Shown here in pieces: positions 29,098 through 38,615 of a DNA stretch of 64,000 nt. The position numbers and the translations under genes are program-made. Each line of letters starts with the position of its first letter. Position 1 is the first letter of the stretch. The stretch covers positions 352,001 to 416,000 of the forward strand of contig JAVVGF010000001.1 of the NCBI GenBank assembly GCA_032249235.1, given 5' to 3'. The notes beneath the pieces were generated by a model. The model saw only the letters and a list, made by a program, of their open reading frames with translations. It did no database searches and had not been told where the DNA came from. The DNA comes from Thermoproteota archaeon (GTDB taxonomy: Archaea > Thermoproteota > Thermoprotei > Gearchaeales > Gearchaeaceae).

Positions 29098-29340
29098 ATG
29101 AGAATCAAGCTCAAAAATGCTCAAGACTTAGCAAGATATGTATCCTCTCTTAATGTTGATGAAGGAATAAGAATAACATATGAAGATATAATTTTATTAA
29201 TTACTAGATATGACATGAAATATTATTTAGAAATTAGAAGCCAAAAAAGTACCGATAAAATAATATTTGAAAAAATTGAAGAGATTATAAATTATGTGAG
29301 CAAGATCTTAGTTTTTCCAATTACTGCTGAAATTTATTAA
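29098..29340 (+). CDS. Hypothetical protein
   Basis: 80-aa ORF filling the gap between divergent and convergent neighbours; host-like composition. Confidence 0.6.
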   Translation: MRIKLKNAQDLARYVSSLNVDEGIRITYEDIILLITRYDMKYYLEIRSQKSTDKIIFEKIEEIINYVSKILVFPITAEIY

Positions 29341-30065
29341 TATAGCTTTTGACACTCACTACAAAAATAAGATATTCTCTTTCTTTCGCCTATACGAACT
29401 CGATTTATTTTATTATTACATATACTACATGTTTTCTTTGCATATACTTTTAAAAAGTTTTTTAATCTTTCATTTTCTTTCCTAACTCTATAGAATAAAA
29501 TTGAAAATTCTCTTAATTTTTCTAATAATTCTAAAAGCTTTTCAGAACTTAGCTTCTCAATTTTTGATGCAGGATGGATTTTTGCAAGATAAAGCGCTTC
29601 ATTCTTTATTATATTTCCTACACCTGGAAAGATATTTTGATCTAAGAGGATATCTGAAATAATTCCTTTTTTATCCTTTAGTAAATTCATCATTTCATTA
29701 ACATTCCATTCCTCATCCAAGATATCTTTTGCTTTCGGATTTTCGACTTTAACGAGCTTCGTGACTGAGCAATTATAAAAATATGCCTTATGCTTATTCT
29801 CCAAAGCTAGTCTTACTTTATTCCTTTCCTTTATAAGCTCATCGATTGAATAACTTCCATACATTAAAAAATGTATTTTAATATACCCTACACCTTCGAT
29901 ATTAAAAAACAGATTTTTTCCGTAGCTAAAGACATCATTTATTTTTTTGTTTATTAATTCTTTAAAATCAATTTTTTTAGAATTACCCCATGCGTTGTGA
30001 ATAATTTCATTAAGCATCAATTCATTCAATTTTTCAGCTACAACTTTTACAGAAGGGCCCTCCAT
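29337..30065 (-). CDS. Fpg/Nei family DNA glycosylase (endonuclease VIII-like)
   Basis: EGPS, SYGKNL, IHFLMYG, LLDQNIFPGVGNIIKNEALY (H2TH), C-terminal CxxC...R..YFCxxCQ zinc finger. Confidence 0.88.
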   Translation of the reverse strand: MEGPSVKVVAEKLNELMLNEIIHNAWGNSKKIDFKELINKKINDVFSYGKNLFFNIEGVGYIKIHFLMYGSYSIDELIKERNKVRLALENKHKAYFYNCSVTKLVKVENPKAKDILDEEWNVNEMMNLLKDKKGIISDILLDQNIFPGVGNIIKNEALYLAKIHPASKIEKLSSEKLLELLEKLREFSILFYRVRKENERLKNFLKVYAKKTCSICNNKINRVRIGERKRISYFCSECQKLY

Positions 30066-30793
30066 TATTTCATTATAATTTTCTGAAATTCTTTTGCATC
30101 TTCGAACATAAATATATTATTAAATAAAATATATTTTTGTTTTGCATGAATTTTATCTACATTCTCTTTTAAAACATTTAAATCGTTTAACGTAAACTTA
30201 TAACTATACATCTTTTTGCCTGGTGGAGAACCATGAAGTCTAGTATATAATATTTCTTTTGTTGAAAGATATACAGGTTTTCCTGCAAATAAATCTACGC
30301 AATGAATTAAATCGAATTTTTCACAAAGTTTTCTTATATTCTCTTCACTCCATCCACGTAACTCTATAGCTATATTTATTTCATTCTTTTTTATTAAACT
30401 GAAAAATTGCTCAGCATTATTTATATTTTCAGGTGTATCCTTAAAGCTAGCTGGAAGCTGTATTAAACAAATTTTTGCATCCAAAATCTTGCATATTTCA
30501 AGAGTTTTCTCCCAAGAATCGAATACTTCTTTGCTAGGTTGAAGGTTTCCATATTTACTATTTTTGTCAATTTTCATCTTTGATCTCTTCCAGGTAGGAC
30601 TTGAAGGAGGATGTGTTACACCTTGAAAACACTTAACTGTAAATTCAAAATCTGCAGGAGCTTCTTTTCTTAATTCTTTCATTCTTTCGACTTCAGGAAT
30701 GTTATAAAAAGTTTCTTGCAGCTCGACCACCTTGAATATTTTAAAATATTCTTTTCTACTTCTTTGAAAACCGCAACATCCTACTTTTATCAT
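30065..30793 (-). CDS. DUF72 family protein
   Basis: VGCCGF, VELQETFY, FTVK....TH, QLPASF, ELRGW, YTRLHG, FNN. Confidence 0.88.
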   Translation of the reverse strand: MIKVGCCGFQRSRKEYFKIFKVVELQETFYNIPEVERMKELRKEAPADFEFTVKCFQGVTHPPSSPTWKRSKMKIDKNSKYGNLQPSKEVFDSWEKTLEICKILDAKICLIQLPASFKDTPENINNAEQFFSLIKKNEINIAIELRGWSEENIRKLCEKFDLIHCVDLFAGKPVYLSTKEILYTRLHGSPPGKKMYSYKFTLNDLNVLKENVDKIHAKQKYILFNNIFMFEDAKEFQKIIMK

Positions 30794-30857
30794 ACAAAAA
30801 AATTTCATAAAAGATTTTTAAGTAAAATTTTAATTCATTCAATTCTAAATCATACAT

Positions 30858-31184
30858 GTGTCTATAACCGTTGAAGATTTGAAGAAAATAGATTTAAGAG
30901 TAGGAAAGGTAATTGAAGCCAAAAGAGTAGAAGGGACGGATAAACTCCTGTTACTAAAAGTGAGTCTAGGGAATGAAACAAGAAATATTGTAGCAGGAAT
31001 TGGGGATCAATATGAACCTGAATATTTATTGGGAAGAAATATTGTTATCGTTGCAAATTTGAAGCCTAGAGTCATAAGAGGAATAGAAAGCCAAGGGATG
31101 ATGTTATGTGCTGTTGATGATGAGGAAAATGTATATCCGATAACAACTTTAGGCGATGCTAAAGAAGGATCCAGGGTTTATTGA
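30858..31184 (+). CDS. tRNA-binding OB-fold protein (MetRS C-terminal/Trbp111/CsaA family)
   Basis: DLRVGKV, DKLL, RNIVAGI, VANLKPR.IRGIESQGM. Confidence 0.9.
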   Translation: MSITVEDLKKIDLRVGKVIEAKRVEGTDKLLLLKVSLGNETRNIVAGIGDQYEPEYLLGRNIVIVANLKPRVIRGIESQGMMLCAVDDEENVYPITTLGDAKEGSRVY

Positions 31185-31185
31185 A

Positions 31186-32007
31186 ATGCAAATTCCTAAT
31201 CTTTTGGATAATCCAATTTTTTTAAAAAAATTTTCCTTATTAGAAAAGGCTCTTCAAAGAGAACTTGAGCGCTATAAAGATTCATTATATTATGAGTCTC
31301 TTTTGTATGCACTTAAAGGAGGTAAAAGATTAAGACCGATTTTGCTTCTTCTTTGTTCTGAAATAATAGGTGAACCTGTTAAAGAACCTTATTCTGCAGC
31401 GATTATTGTTGAATTAATCCATACTGTCTCATTGGTTCATGATGATATGATAGATAAAGATGTTTATAGAAGAGGAATGGAAAGTTATCATGTAAAATAT
31501 GGAGAAGAGCAAGCTTTGTTGCTCGCTGATTTCGTTTTATCGTTGGTATTAGAACTTTCTATGAGGTATGCTGATACTGAAATACCTTATTTGATATCTC
31601 GAACTGTAAGAAAAATGAGCGAAGGCCAATTACTTGAAGTTAAATTGAGATCTAAAGAGAAAATCACTTGGGATGAATATTTCAAAATTATCGATGGTAA
31701 AACAGCATCGCTTTTTGAGCTTTCTTCAAGAGCAGGTGCAATATTAACTACAGAGGATCCTTACTTAATCAAAGCGATTTCAGATTTTGGAAGAAATTTG
31801 GGTATACTTTATCAGATATATGATGATTTGAGAGATTGGTCTAAGAAGGAATATGTTCAAAAATTAGAAGTAGAGAACAAAAATGAATTTTTGAAGAAAA
31901 AAATGGAGCATTACCATAATCTAGCTTATAAATCATTAAATCTTTTACCTGAAAGTGTTTCAAAGGATTTATTACTAAAGTTTTTAGACATTATTTTGAA
32001 AATTTAA
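31186..32007 (+). CDS. Polyprenyl diphosphate synthase (GGPP synthase-like)
   Basis: GGKRLRP, SLVHDDMIDKD..RRG (FARM), EGQ, KTASLF, QIYDDL (SARM). Confidence 0.88.
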   Translation: MQIPNLLDNPIFLKKFSLLEKALQRELERYKDSLYYESLLYALKGGKRLRPILLLLCSEIIGEPVKEPYSAAIIVELIHTVSLVHDDMIDKDVYRRGMESYHVKYGEEQALLLADFVLSLVLELSMRYADTEIPYLISRTVRKMSEGQLLEVKLRSKEKITWDEYFKIIDGKTASLFELSSRAGAILTTEDPYLIKAISDFGRNLGILYQIYDDLRDWSKKEYVQKLEVENKNEFLKKKMEHYHNLAYKSLNLLPESVSKDLLLKFLDIILKI

Positions 32008-33299
32008 TCTATTCCTAATTTTTCTTTATACGCGTCAAGATCAAGGAATCCATGTCCGCTTATATTCATTAAAATTATCTTTTCCTCGTTTTTCTTTTCT
32101 GCTTTTATCGCTTCATCGATACATCCTCTAACTGCATAAGCAGATTCTGCAGCTACAAGCCAACCTTCAGTTTCTAGAAATATTTTTGCTGCTTCAAAAA
32201 TTTCTTTTTCATCTAAAGGATAATAAGTTGCTCTAATTATTCCTTCATCTTTTAATAAGCTTATAATTGGAGCTGCAGCATGGTATCTTAATCCATCTCC
32301 TTTTATTTCTTTGAATTCACTTTTATGTCCTAATGTATACATTTTCAATAAAGGTGTTTGACCTGCAACATCAGCAAAATCATATTCATATTTTCCTTTA
32401 ACCAAATTAGGGGCAGCCTCGGATTGCACAGCTAAGAATTCGATTTCTTTTTTATTGATCAATCTTTCGCGAACAAAGGGTAATGCTATTCCTCCAAAAT
32501 TCGATCCTCCGCCTAAGCAAGATATTACAAGATTAGGGAAGCTATCTATTTTTTTGAATTGCTCGATTGCTTCTAAGCCAATAATTGTTTGATGTAATAA
32601 AACGTGATTCAATACAGAGCCTAAAGCATATGCAGATTTTTCTTCCCTCGAAGCTACTTCTAATCCTTCAGCAATAGCTAAAGATAAAGATCCGGGGTGA
32701 TTAGGATTTATTTCAAGATATTCTCTTCCTATTTTGGTTAAATTGCTTGGAGAAGGATGAACTTCTGCTCCGTATAGCTTCATCAATATTCTTCTCTGTT
32801 TCTTCCATTCATAAACATTTCTAACCCAAAATACTTCGCACTTAAGACCTAATAATCTAGCTGCATATGCCAAAGCCGTACCCCATTGACCTGCACCAGT
32901 TTCTGTTACAAGTTTCTCTTTTCCTTCTTTAAGTGCATAATAAGCTTGTGCTAAAGCAGTGTTTAATTTATGAGATCCTGGTGGACTTAAATCTTCTCTC
33001 TTATAATATATCTTTACCTTTGTTAAACCTAATCTGTTTTCAAGTCTTTTCGCTCGATAGAGAGGTCTAGGTCTTCCTACATGTAAATAGAGTTCTAAAA
33101 GTTCATCAGGAATCTTAATCCATCTTTCTTCAGAAAATTCTTGCTTTAAGCATTCTTTAATCATCACTTTTTCCAAAAATTTCATTCTAGATCTTCCATC
33201 TTCAGGTTCTTTAGGTTTGGGAAGTGGTTTAGGCAGGTCAGGAATTATATTATACCAATATTTCGGTATTTCGTCATCGTTTAGAATGATTTTGCTCAT
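32004..33299 (-). CDS. trpB2: TrpB-like PLP enzyme (TrpB2)
   Basis: WYNIIPDLP, GSHKLNTA, TETGAGQWG, HPSPS, GSVLNHV, GGGSNF, GLRYH, SGHG. Confidence 0.92.
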   Translation of the reverse strand: MSKIILNDDEIPKYWYNIIPDLPKPLPKPKEPEDGRSRMKFLEKVMIKECLKQEFSEERWIKIPDELLELYLHVGRPRPLYRAKRLENRLGLTKVKIYYKREDLSPPGSHKLNTALAQAYYALKEGKEKLVTETGAGQWGTALAYAARLLGLKCEVFWVRNVYEWKKQRRILMKLYGAEVHPSPSNLTKIGREYLEINPNHPGSLSLAIAEGLEVASREEKSAYALGSVLNHVLLHQTIIGLEAIEQFKKIDSFPNLVISCLGGGSNFGGIALPFVRERLINKKEIEFLAVQSEAAPNLVKGKYEYDFADVAGQTPLLKMYTLGHKSEFKEIKGDGLRYHAAAPIISLLKDEGIIRATYYPLDEKEIFEAAKIFLETEGWLVAAESAYAVRGCIDEAIKAEKKNEEKIILMNISGHGFLDLDAYKEKLGID

Positions 33300-33379
33300 G
33301 AGCAATTGATATCTTAGTATTATTTATACTCAAATGTGCTTAGCAATTTATTCATTTTTAGCTATAATCTATTTGATAA

Positions 33380-34684
33380 ATGAATTTGAAAGTTGACGAT
33401 TTGGATTTCAATTTTCCTACGATAAAAAAGAATAAAATTCTTGAACCCAGCGCTGAAATTTGTATCCCATGTAGAGGTGCAAAATATCTTTGTGGAAGAT
33501 CATATTGCCCTCTAATTGTTAAAACTACTAGATTGTTGAAAACAATTGAATTGAGAAAAAGATTAATTGAAGGTTCATCGCCTCCTTCTGTATTTGTAGG
33601 AAGAATGGGCTATCCTAACGTTAGAATTGGTCCTCTAGTTCCTTCCATAATTGGTGATACTAGTTATTTCGATTTGCCTGAAATTTGGACAAATTATAAG
33701 ATTGAAGATATTTTGAGCTTCAGATTTTCGATGGTTAGAAGCTACATGTTTGCTAGAGTAGAGGATGCTAAATTTGAACCTCGTTGGCTCATTGATCTGC
33801 AAGAGCTGATTTCTTCAAAGAATCCAGTAGATATTGAAATTAAACTTTCAAATCTTCCTTCTGGAAAACCATTTTTAGATGATGTTATTGAACCAATTGG
33901 GCCTTCAGCAAAGCTTGAAAGTTATGAGATTTTATCTAATGTTAAGATGGATGATAGGATAGAGAAAATTTATTATGATAAAGACCTAAGGGCAAGCGAA
34001 GCAATCCTTAAACTATACTTCAACAATCTCGAAATCTCAAAGATATCGAAGGTTCTCAGCTTAGGCATGTTAGGCTTAGGAAAGAATAGGAAATTAGTTC
34101 CTACTAGATGGAGTATTACAGCGGTTGATGATACTATATCGAAGAATCTTGTAGAGAAAATTAAAGAATATCCTGTAATCGATAAAATAAGAATTTACTA
34201 CAAAGAGAAACATTTAAATCGATTCATAATTCTGATGCTTCCTTCAAAATGGTCTTATGAATGGATTGAAGCATGGTACCCTAATACTACATGGAATCTA
34301 TATGGTGCTGATGTTGAAGCTGAGAGCGATTATGAAGGCTATCATGGAAGAAGTAGCTATGCAAATCTTGGAGGTTGTTATTATGCTGTTAGACTTGCTA
34401 TTGCAGAAAGATTGAATCTAGAAAGAAGACAAGCAACTGTTCTGGCTATCAGGGAAATATTGCCTGGTTTCGTAACTTCAATAGGTGTTTGGTTTGTTAG
34501 AGAAAGTATGAGAGAAATTTTAAGAGGTCAATATTTAGAATTTGAAGATATTAAAGAAGCATTGGAATTTATTTTTTCAAGGCTAAAATTGAACAAGGAA
34601 AAAATAATTAATAAAAGTACAATTCTTAAAAATATATATTTTCAAAGAAAAATTCATGAATTTCTAGACAAATTTAATGCTTAA
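33380..34684 (+). CDS. nreA: Nre family DNA repair protein
   Basis: CIPCRG..LCG...CP, GSSPPSVFVG..GYP, RKLVPTRWSITAVD, GGCYYA, GVWFVRE; C-terminal PIP box QRKIHEF. Confidence 0.9.
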   Translation: MNLKVDDLDFNFPTIKKNKILEPSAEICIPCRGAKYLCGRSYCPLIVKTTRLLKTIELRKRLIEGSSPPSVFVGRMGYPNVRIGPLVPSIIGDTSYFDLPEIWTNYKIEDILSFRFSMVRSYMFARVEDAKFEPRWLIDLQELISSKNPVDIEIKLSNLPSGKPFLDDVIEPIGPSAKLESYEILSNVKMDDRIEKIYYDKDLRASEAILKLYFNNLEISKISKVLSLGMLGLGKNRKLVPTRWSITAVDDTISKNLVEKIKEYPVIDKIRIYYKEKHLNRFIILMLPSKWSYEWIEAWYPNTTWNLYGADVEAESDYEGYHGRSSYANLGGCYYAVRLAIAERLNLERRQATVLAIREILPGFVTSIGVWFVRESMREILRGQYLEFEDIKEALEFIFSRLKLNKEKIINKSTILKNIYFQRKIHEFLDKFNA

Positions 34685-35344
34685 ATTCCATTTCCTTGTA
34701 TTAAGAGATATGTTTAGAATTGTGACAGTTATCGATTCAATTAGATATGATAATTCTATATCTCCTACATATAATGGATTAAGATGTTCATCCAAATCTT
34801 TTGCTAAAGTTAAGAAAGTTTCGATAGAATTTTTATCACTTGAGCAATATGGCAAATCATAATTGAGGATTGAATAAGGATCTGCCAACTTTTTTGCGGG
34901 TATTGTATGTAAAGCTGAAACCACTTTATTTGTTTCAAGGATTTTAGTTATTTCTTCGCCTGCAGATTTTGCAGTAGGGCTTATCAAGCTAGGATCATAG
35001 ATGAACTTACTATCCTTTTTTGCTATAGGAACAACTGGCGAAATTATAATCGCATTTTTGTTAATATTTTCTTTTATCTTCTTAAGAAAATCAACTAAAA
35101 ATTGAGAAGGAATCGATATTATGATTGCGTCTGCTTCTTTCACAGCATCTTCGTTTTTCATCCCAATAAGCTTTCCTTTTACATCTTCTTGATATGCAAG
35201 GATTGCTTTGCTTGCATAATTCTTAGCTTCATTTATAGCCTTTACTTCATCCCTTGAACCTATTATGACTTCATGTTTTCTAGCCCATCTAATCGCTAGT
35301 CCTTCTCCAAAATCTCCTGTACCTCCAAGTATTGCTATTTTCAT
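34664..35344 (-). CDS. npdG: NADPH-dependent F420 reductase
   Basis: KIAILGGTGDFGEGLA.RW, IIGSR, NEDA, SPVVP, SAGE, VSALH. Confidence 0.85.
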   Translation of the reverse strand: MKIAILGGTGDFGEGLAIRWARKHEVIIGSRDEVKAINEAKNYASKAILAYQEDVKGKLIGMKNEDAVKEADAIIISIPSQFLVDFLKKIKENINKNAIIISPVVPIAKKDSKFIYDPSLISPTAKSAGEEITKILETNKVVSALHTIPAKKLADPYSILNYDLPYCSSDKNSIETFLTLAKDLDEHLNPLYVGDIELSYLIESITVTILNISLNTRKWNLSIKFV

Positions 35345-35418
35345 AATCTTCTTAGAAACTTTTTCCATTTTAATTTGATTCAAAATGCTTAAATCTATGT
35401 ATACAATTTTATAATTAA

Positions 35419-36981
35419 ATGGTTAGGGTAGTTCTAACTTGTGATAGAACATTAGCTGGAGAATTTCATCATATACCCCTGTTAGATTTCTTTAGTTGTG
35501 CACCTGTGGAAAAAACACCAAAGTTTCTATATGATTTCCTAACAGGTCAGGTTCCTACATATGATGGTATAATGGTAAGGGCTCCTTATCCGCTTCGCAA
35601 AATAGAAGCAGGCCTATTAAGAGGATACAAGCCCAATGAGGTAGTAGTTGTCCATCCTGATCATGTTCATAAATATATAGATGAAGATACCAAAGTTGTA
35701 GGAATAAATTCAATGGATCCTTTAGGTCTAGGACCAGTAACGATGATGTTCACTTACGGAGGTGTTTATACTGCATATACCAAATACTATTTCATAAAGG
35801 CTGTAAAAACGATTGCAGAAATTAGGAGAAAAAGGAATCTGAAATTCAAAATTGTAATGGGAGGAAGCGGTGCTTGGCAATTAGATGTTAAAAGGAAGTA
35901 TATCGATGAACTTGAAATTGACCATGTGATAATGGGCGAAATTGATCATTTGTTACCTGATTTGTTTTATCAAATAGAAAGTGATGGGCTAGATAAAGTC
36001 ATTAAGATTCGAGGACATCCGAAAATAGAGGAAATCCCCACAATTGTTAGACCTGCTATGCATGGTTTTGTTGAAACAATGAGAGGTTGTGGAAGGAATT
36101 GTCATTTCTGTGAACCAAATCTAAGAGTAGGCAGATATGTGCCTCCTGAAAAAATAAAGAAAGAAATTCTCATAAACTTAAGTGGCGGTATAAGCAATGT
36201 ATGGATGCATAGCGAAGATATCTTCTTATATAAGGTTGAGGACAAATTCTATTTCTATCCTAACAGAGATGCATTAATAGAGCTTTTCAGTACTGTAATG
36301 TCTACAAAAGGTGTAACGCATGCAAATCCTACTCATGGAACCGTTGCTCCTGCCGCAGCTGATCCTGGCTTGATAAGAGATTTATCAAAAATATTAAGAG
36401 CAGGACCTAGGAATTGGATAGGAATTCAACCTGGTTTGGAATCAGGTTCTGGTAGGATATTGACATCATATATGCCTTTAAAGGCTAAACCTTTCGATGC
36501 GGAAGATTGGGCTGATGTTATATTTGAAGGTAATGCAGTTCTTAATGAGAATTATTGGTTTCCTGCATATACGATAATAATCGGACTTCCAGGTGAGAAA
36601 GAGGATGATTTATGGGCTACTGCAAGATTAATTGATAGATTAGAAAGAGGATTGCCTGAAAGGGTTGGTCCTAAAGCGCATTTCACAGTTACTCCTCTTA
36701 GCTTTGTTCCTATTGGCTTACTAAGAGATAAAGACTTTTATAATATAGATGAGCAAATAAATGAAGCTGCTTTCGCTGTTATATACAGGGCTTGGAGACA
36801 TACAATAATGGAGCTTGTTAGATCAGCAAGAGATGTTTTCAAAACGAATCCATTCTTCAAAGCATTCATGTTTGCTTTATCTGTAGTAGGCGCAGATATC
36901 ATACTTAGAAGTATAGAGAAATGGGGCGAAAAAATGGGTTTTGACCCAGAAAAAGCAAAAAGAATTAGATGGGATAGCTAG
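35419..36981 (+). CDS. B12-binding-like radical SAM protein, GDGT ring synthase (Grs)/Gms-like family
   Basis: VLTCDRTL, APYPLRKIEA, VVHPD, MDPLGLGP, MRGCGRNCHFCEP (CxxxCxxC), GLESGS; N-terminal pattern recalled from Grs-family proteins. Confidence 0.75.
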   Translation: MVRVVLTCDRTLAGEFHHIPLLDFFSCAPVEKTPKFLYDFLTGQVPTYDGIMVRAPYPLRKIEAGLLRGYKPNEVVVVHPDHVHKYIDEDTKVVGINSMDPLGLGPVTMMFTYGGVYTAYTKYYFIKAVKTIAEIRRKRNLKFKIVMGGSGAWQLDVKRKYIDELEIDHVIMGEIDHLLPDLFYQIESDGLDKVIKIRGHPKIEEIPTIVRPAMHGFVETMRGCGRNCHFCEPNLRVGRYVPPEKIKKEILINLSGGISNVWMHSEDIFLYKVEDKFYFYPNRDALIELFSTVMSTKGVTHANPTHGTVAPAAADPGLIRDLSKILRAGPRNWIGIQPGLESGSGRILTSYMPLKAKPFDAEDWADVIFEGNAVLNENYWFPAYTIIIGLPGEKEDDLWATARLIDRLERGLPERVGPKAHFTVTPLSFVPIGLLRDKDFYNIDEQINEAAFAVIYRAWRHTIMELVRSARDVFKTNPFFKAFMFALSVVGADIILRSIEKWGEKMGFDPEKAKRIRWDS

Positions 36982-37214
36982 TACCTTTCTATAACTACTG
37001 AAGTTGTTGTTTTAACTACACCTGCTATATTCAATAGTTTATCCTTTACTACTTTAGATAGCTCAGAAAAGTCTTTTGCCTCAACTTTTATAACTATATC
37101 GAATTCTCCTGTTACTGCATATGCTTCCTTTACGTTTTCAATTTTCCTTACTTCTGTTCCTACCTTATCTATTTTATTTGGTTCTGCTACTATAAATATG
37201 AAAGCTTCTACCAT
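36978..37214 (-). CDS. Stand-alone Lrp/AsnC ligand-binding (RAM) domain protein
   Basis: AFIFI, EAYAVTGEFDIVIKVE, GVVKTTT. Confidence 0.88.
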   Translation of the reverse strand: MVEAFIFIVAEPNKIDKVGTEVRKIENVKEAYAVTGEFDIVIKVEAKDFSELSKVVKDKLLNIAGVVKTTTSVVIERY

Positions 37215-37299
37215 GTTACCTCTCTTCTATTAACGATTATTGGGATTTAAATATTTTTGGGATATCTTTATTAACAGATTAAAAGAGAGTGAAAATGTA

Positions 37300-38328
37300 A
37301 TGTCGCAATTATTAACATTCGGAGATTTAGCATCTTTAGTTGTCAAACCAAATTTATGTGTTCGATGCGGCGCATGTGTTGCAGTTTGTCCTCCAGATGT
37401 TCTTAAAGTAGATGAATATACTTCTGAAGGAGCCCAATTAGTTGGAGTTTGTACTCTTTGCGGGTTATGTCCTTTGGTATGTCCAGTTTTGCATCCTTAT
37501 GAAGCACCATTAGATAAACCTCTTGGAGATTATATCGAATACGGTATTTACAAGGCTGCTGATCCAGAACTTAAAGCTACCGATGGCGGTGTAACTACTG
37601 TATTATTAGAAGAAGCCTTTGAAATGGGTTTAATAGATGGTGCTATCGTAGCTTCAAAGGATGATGAATGGTATGCAAAAGCTGTGATTGTTACAGACAA
37701 GAAAGAATTAAGAAAGTATGCTCAAACAATTTACTGGCATGTACCAATGGTTACTCCTTTAAGAATTGCAATAGAAAAAATGAAGCTCAAGAAAGTTGCA
37801 ATTGTAGGTACTGGATGCCAAACTGCTGCAGCTAAGTTAATGGATAAAATACCTAAATTTAAAGGAAGGGTTGCATTGTTACTAGGGTTATTTTGCTCGA
37901 AAACATGGATGAGGGAAGATTTTTATGATAAAGTTAAGGAAAAACTAGCTCTAGAGCCAAAAGATATTGAAGATATAATAGTGAAAAATAAATTAATCTT
38001 CAAGCTTAAAAATGGAGAAACGAGAGAATTGCCTTTAGAAGAAGTTGAAGATACTACATTCGGATCGTGTTATGTTTGCCATGATTTCACCGCAGAAGTA
38101 AGTGATATTTCATTAGGTGCAAATGGAGCTCCTCCTGGTTGGAATTTCTTGCTAATTCGAAGTCAGGTAGGTAAGCAATTAGTTGAAAATGCTTTGAAAT
38201 CTGGAAAGCTTCTTAAAAGTAATGAAAAGCCAAAAGTCAAATTCGTTATTCGTAGAGCGATTGATCAAAAGTTAAGAACCATTCCAGAATTCATGGCTAA
38301 ACAGCTTCCTATTGCTATAAGTAAATGA
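37300..38328 (+). CDS. Coenzyme F420 hydrogenase/dehydrogenase beta subunit family (FrhB/FpoF-like) with N-terminal 2x[4Fe-4S] domain
   Basis: CVRCGACVAVCP, CTLCGLCPLVCP, DGGVTT, VGTGCQ, GLFC, CYVCHDFTAEVSDISLG. Confidence 0.88.
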   Translation: MSQLLTFGDLASLVVKPNLCVRCGACVAVCPPDVLKVDEYTSEGAQLVGVCTLCGLCPLVCPVLHPYEAPLDKPLGDYIEYGIYKAADPELKATDGGVTTVLLEEAFEMGLIDGAIVASKDDEWYAKAVIVTDKKELRKYAQTIYWHVPMVTPLRIAIEKMKLKKVAIVGTGCQTAAAKLMDKIPKFKGRVALLLGLFCSKTWMREDFYDKVKEKLALEPKDIEDIIVKNKLIFKLKNGETRELPLEEVEDTTFGSCYVCHDFTAEVSDISLGANGAPPGWNFLLIRSQVGKQLVENALKSGKLLKSNEKPKVKFVIRRAIDQKLRTIPEFMAKQLPIAISK

Positions 38329-38588
38329 GCTCTGAAAACGTAGAGCTTCCTTATCTTGCTCAAGAATTCGGTTTTAGTAAGGTCTTTTTAACGAAGAAAG
38401 GATCATTAGTTCTAGTTCTTGAAAAAAATGGCAGAACAGTTTATAGAGAAATAGATGATGCTTGGAGGTTCATTGAAAATGTAAACAGGGTTGAAGCTCC
38501 TTTAGTTAGTGATTTAATGTTAAAACTTCTATATGAGCGAATTATTGAAGCAAAAGAGGAAATGGAGAAAGAAATAACGCAAGCTTAA
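38325..38588 (+). CDS. Hypothetical protein
   Basis: 87-aa ORF with ATGA overlap to the FrhB-like gene. Confidence 0.65.
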   Translation: MSSENVELPYLAQEFGFSKVFLTKKGSLVLVLEKNGRTVYREIDDAWRFIENVNRVEAPLVSDLMLKLLYERIIEAKEEMEKEITQA

Positions 38589-38615
38589 ATCGTTTTATAA
38601 ACATTTATATTCATC

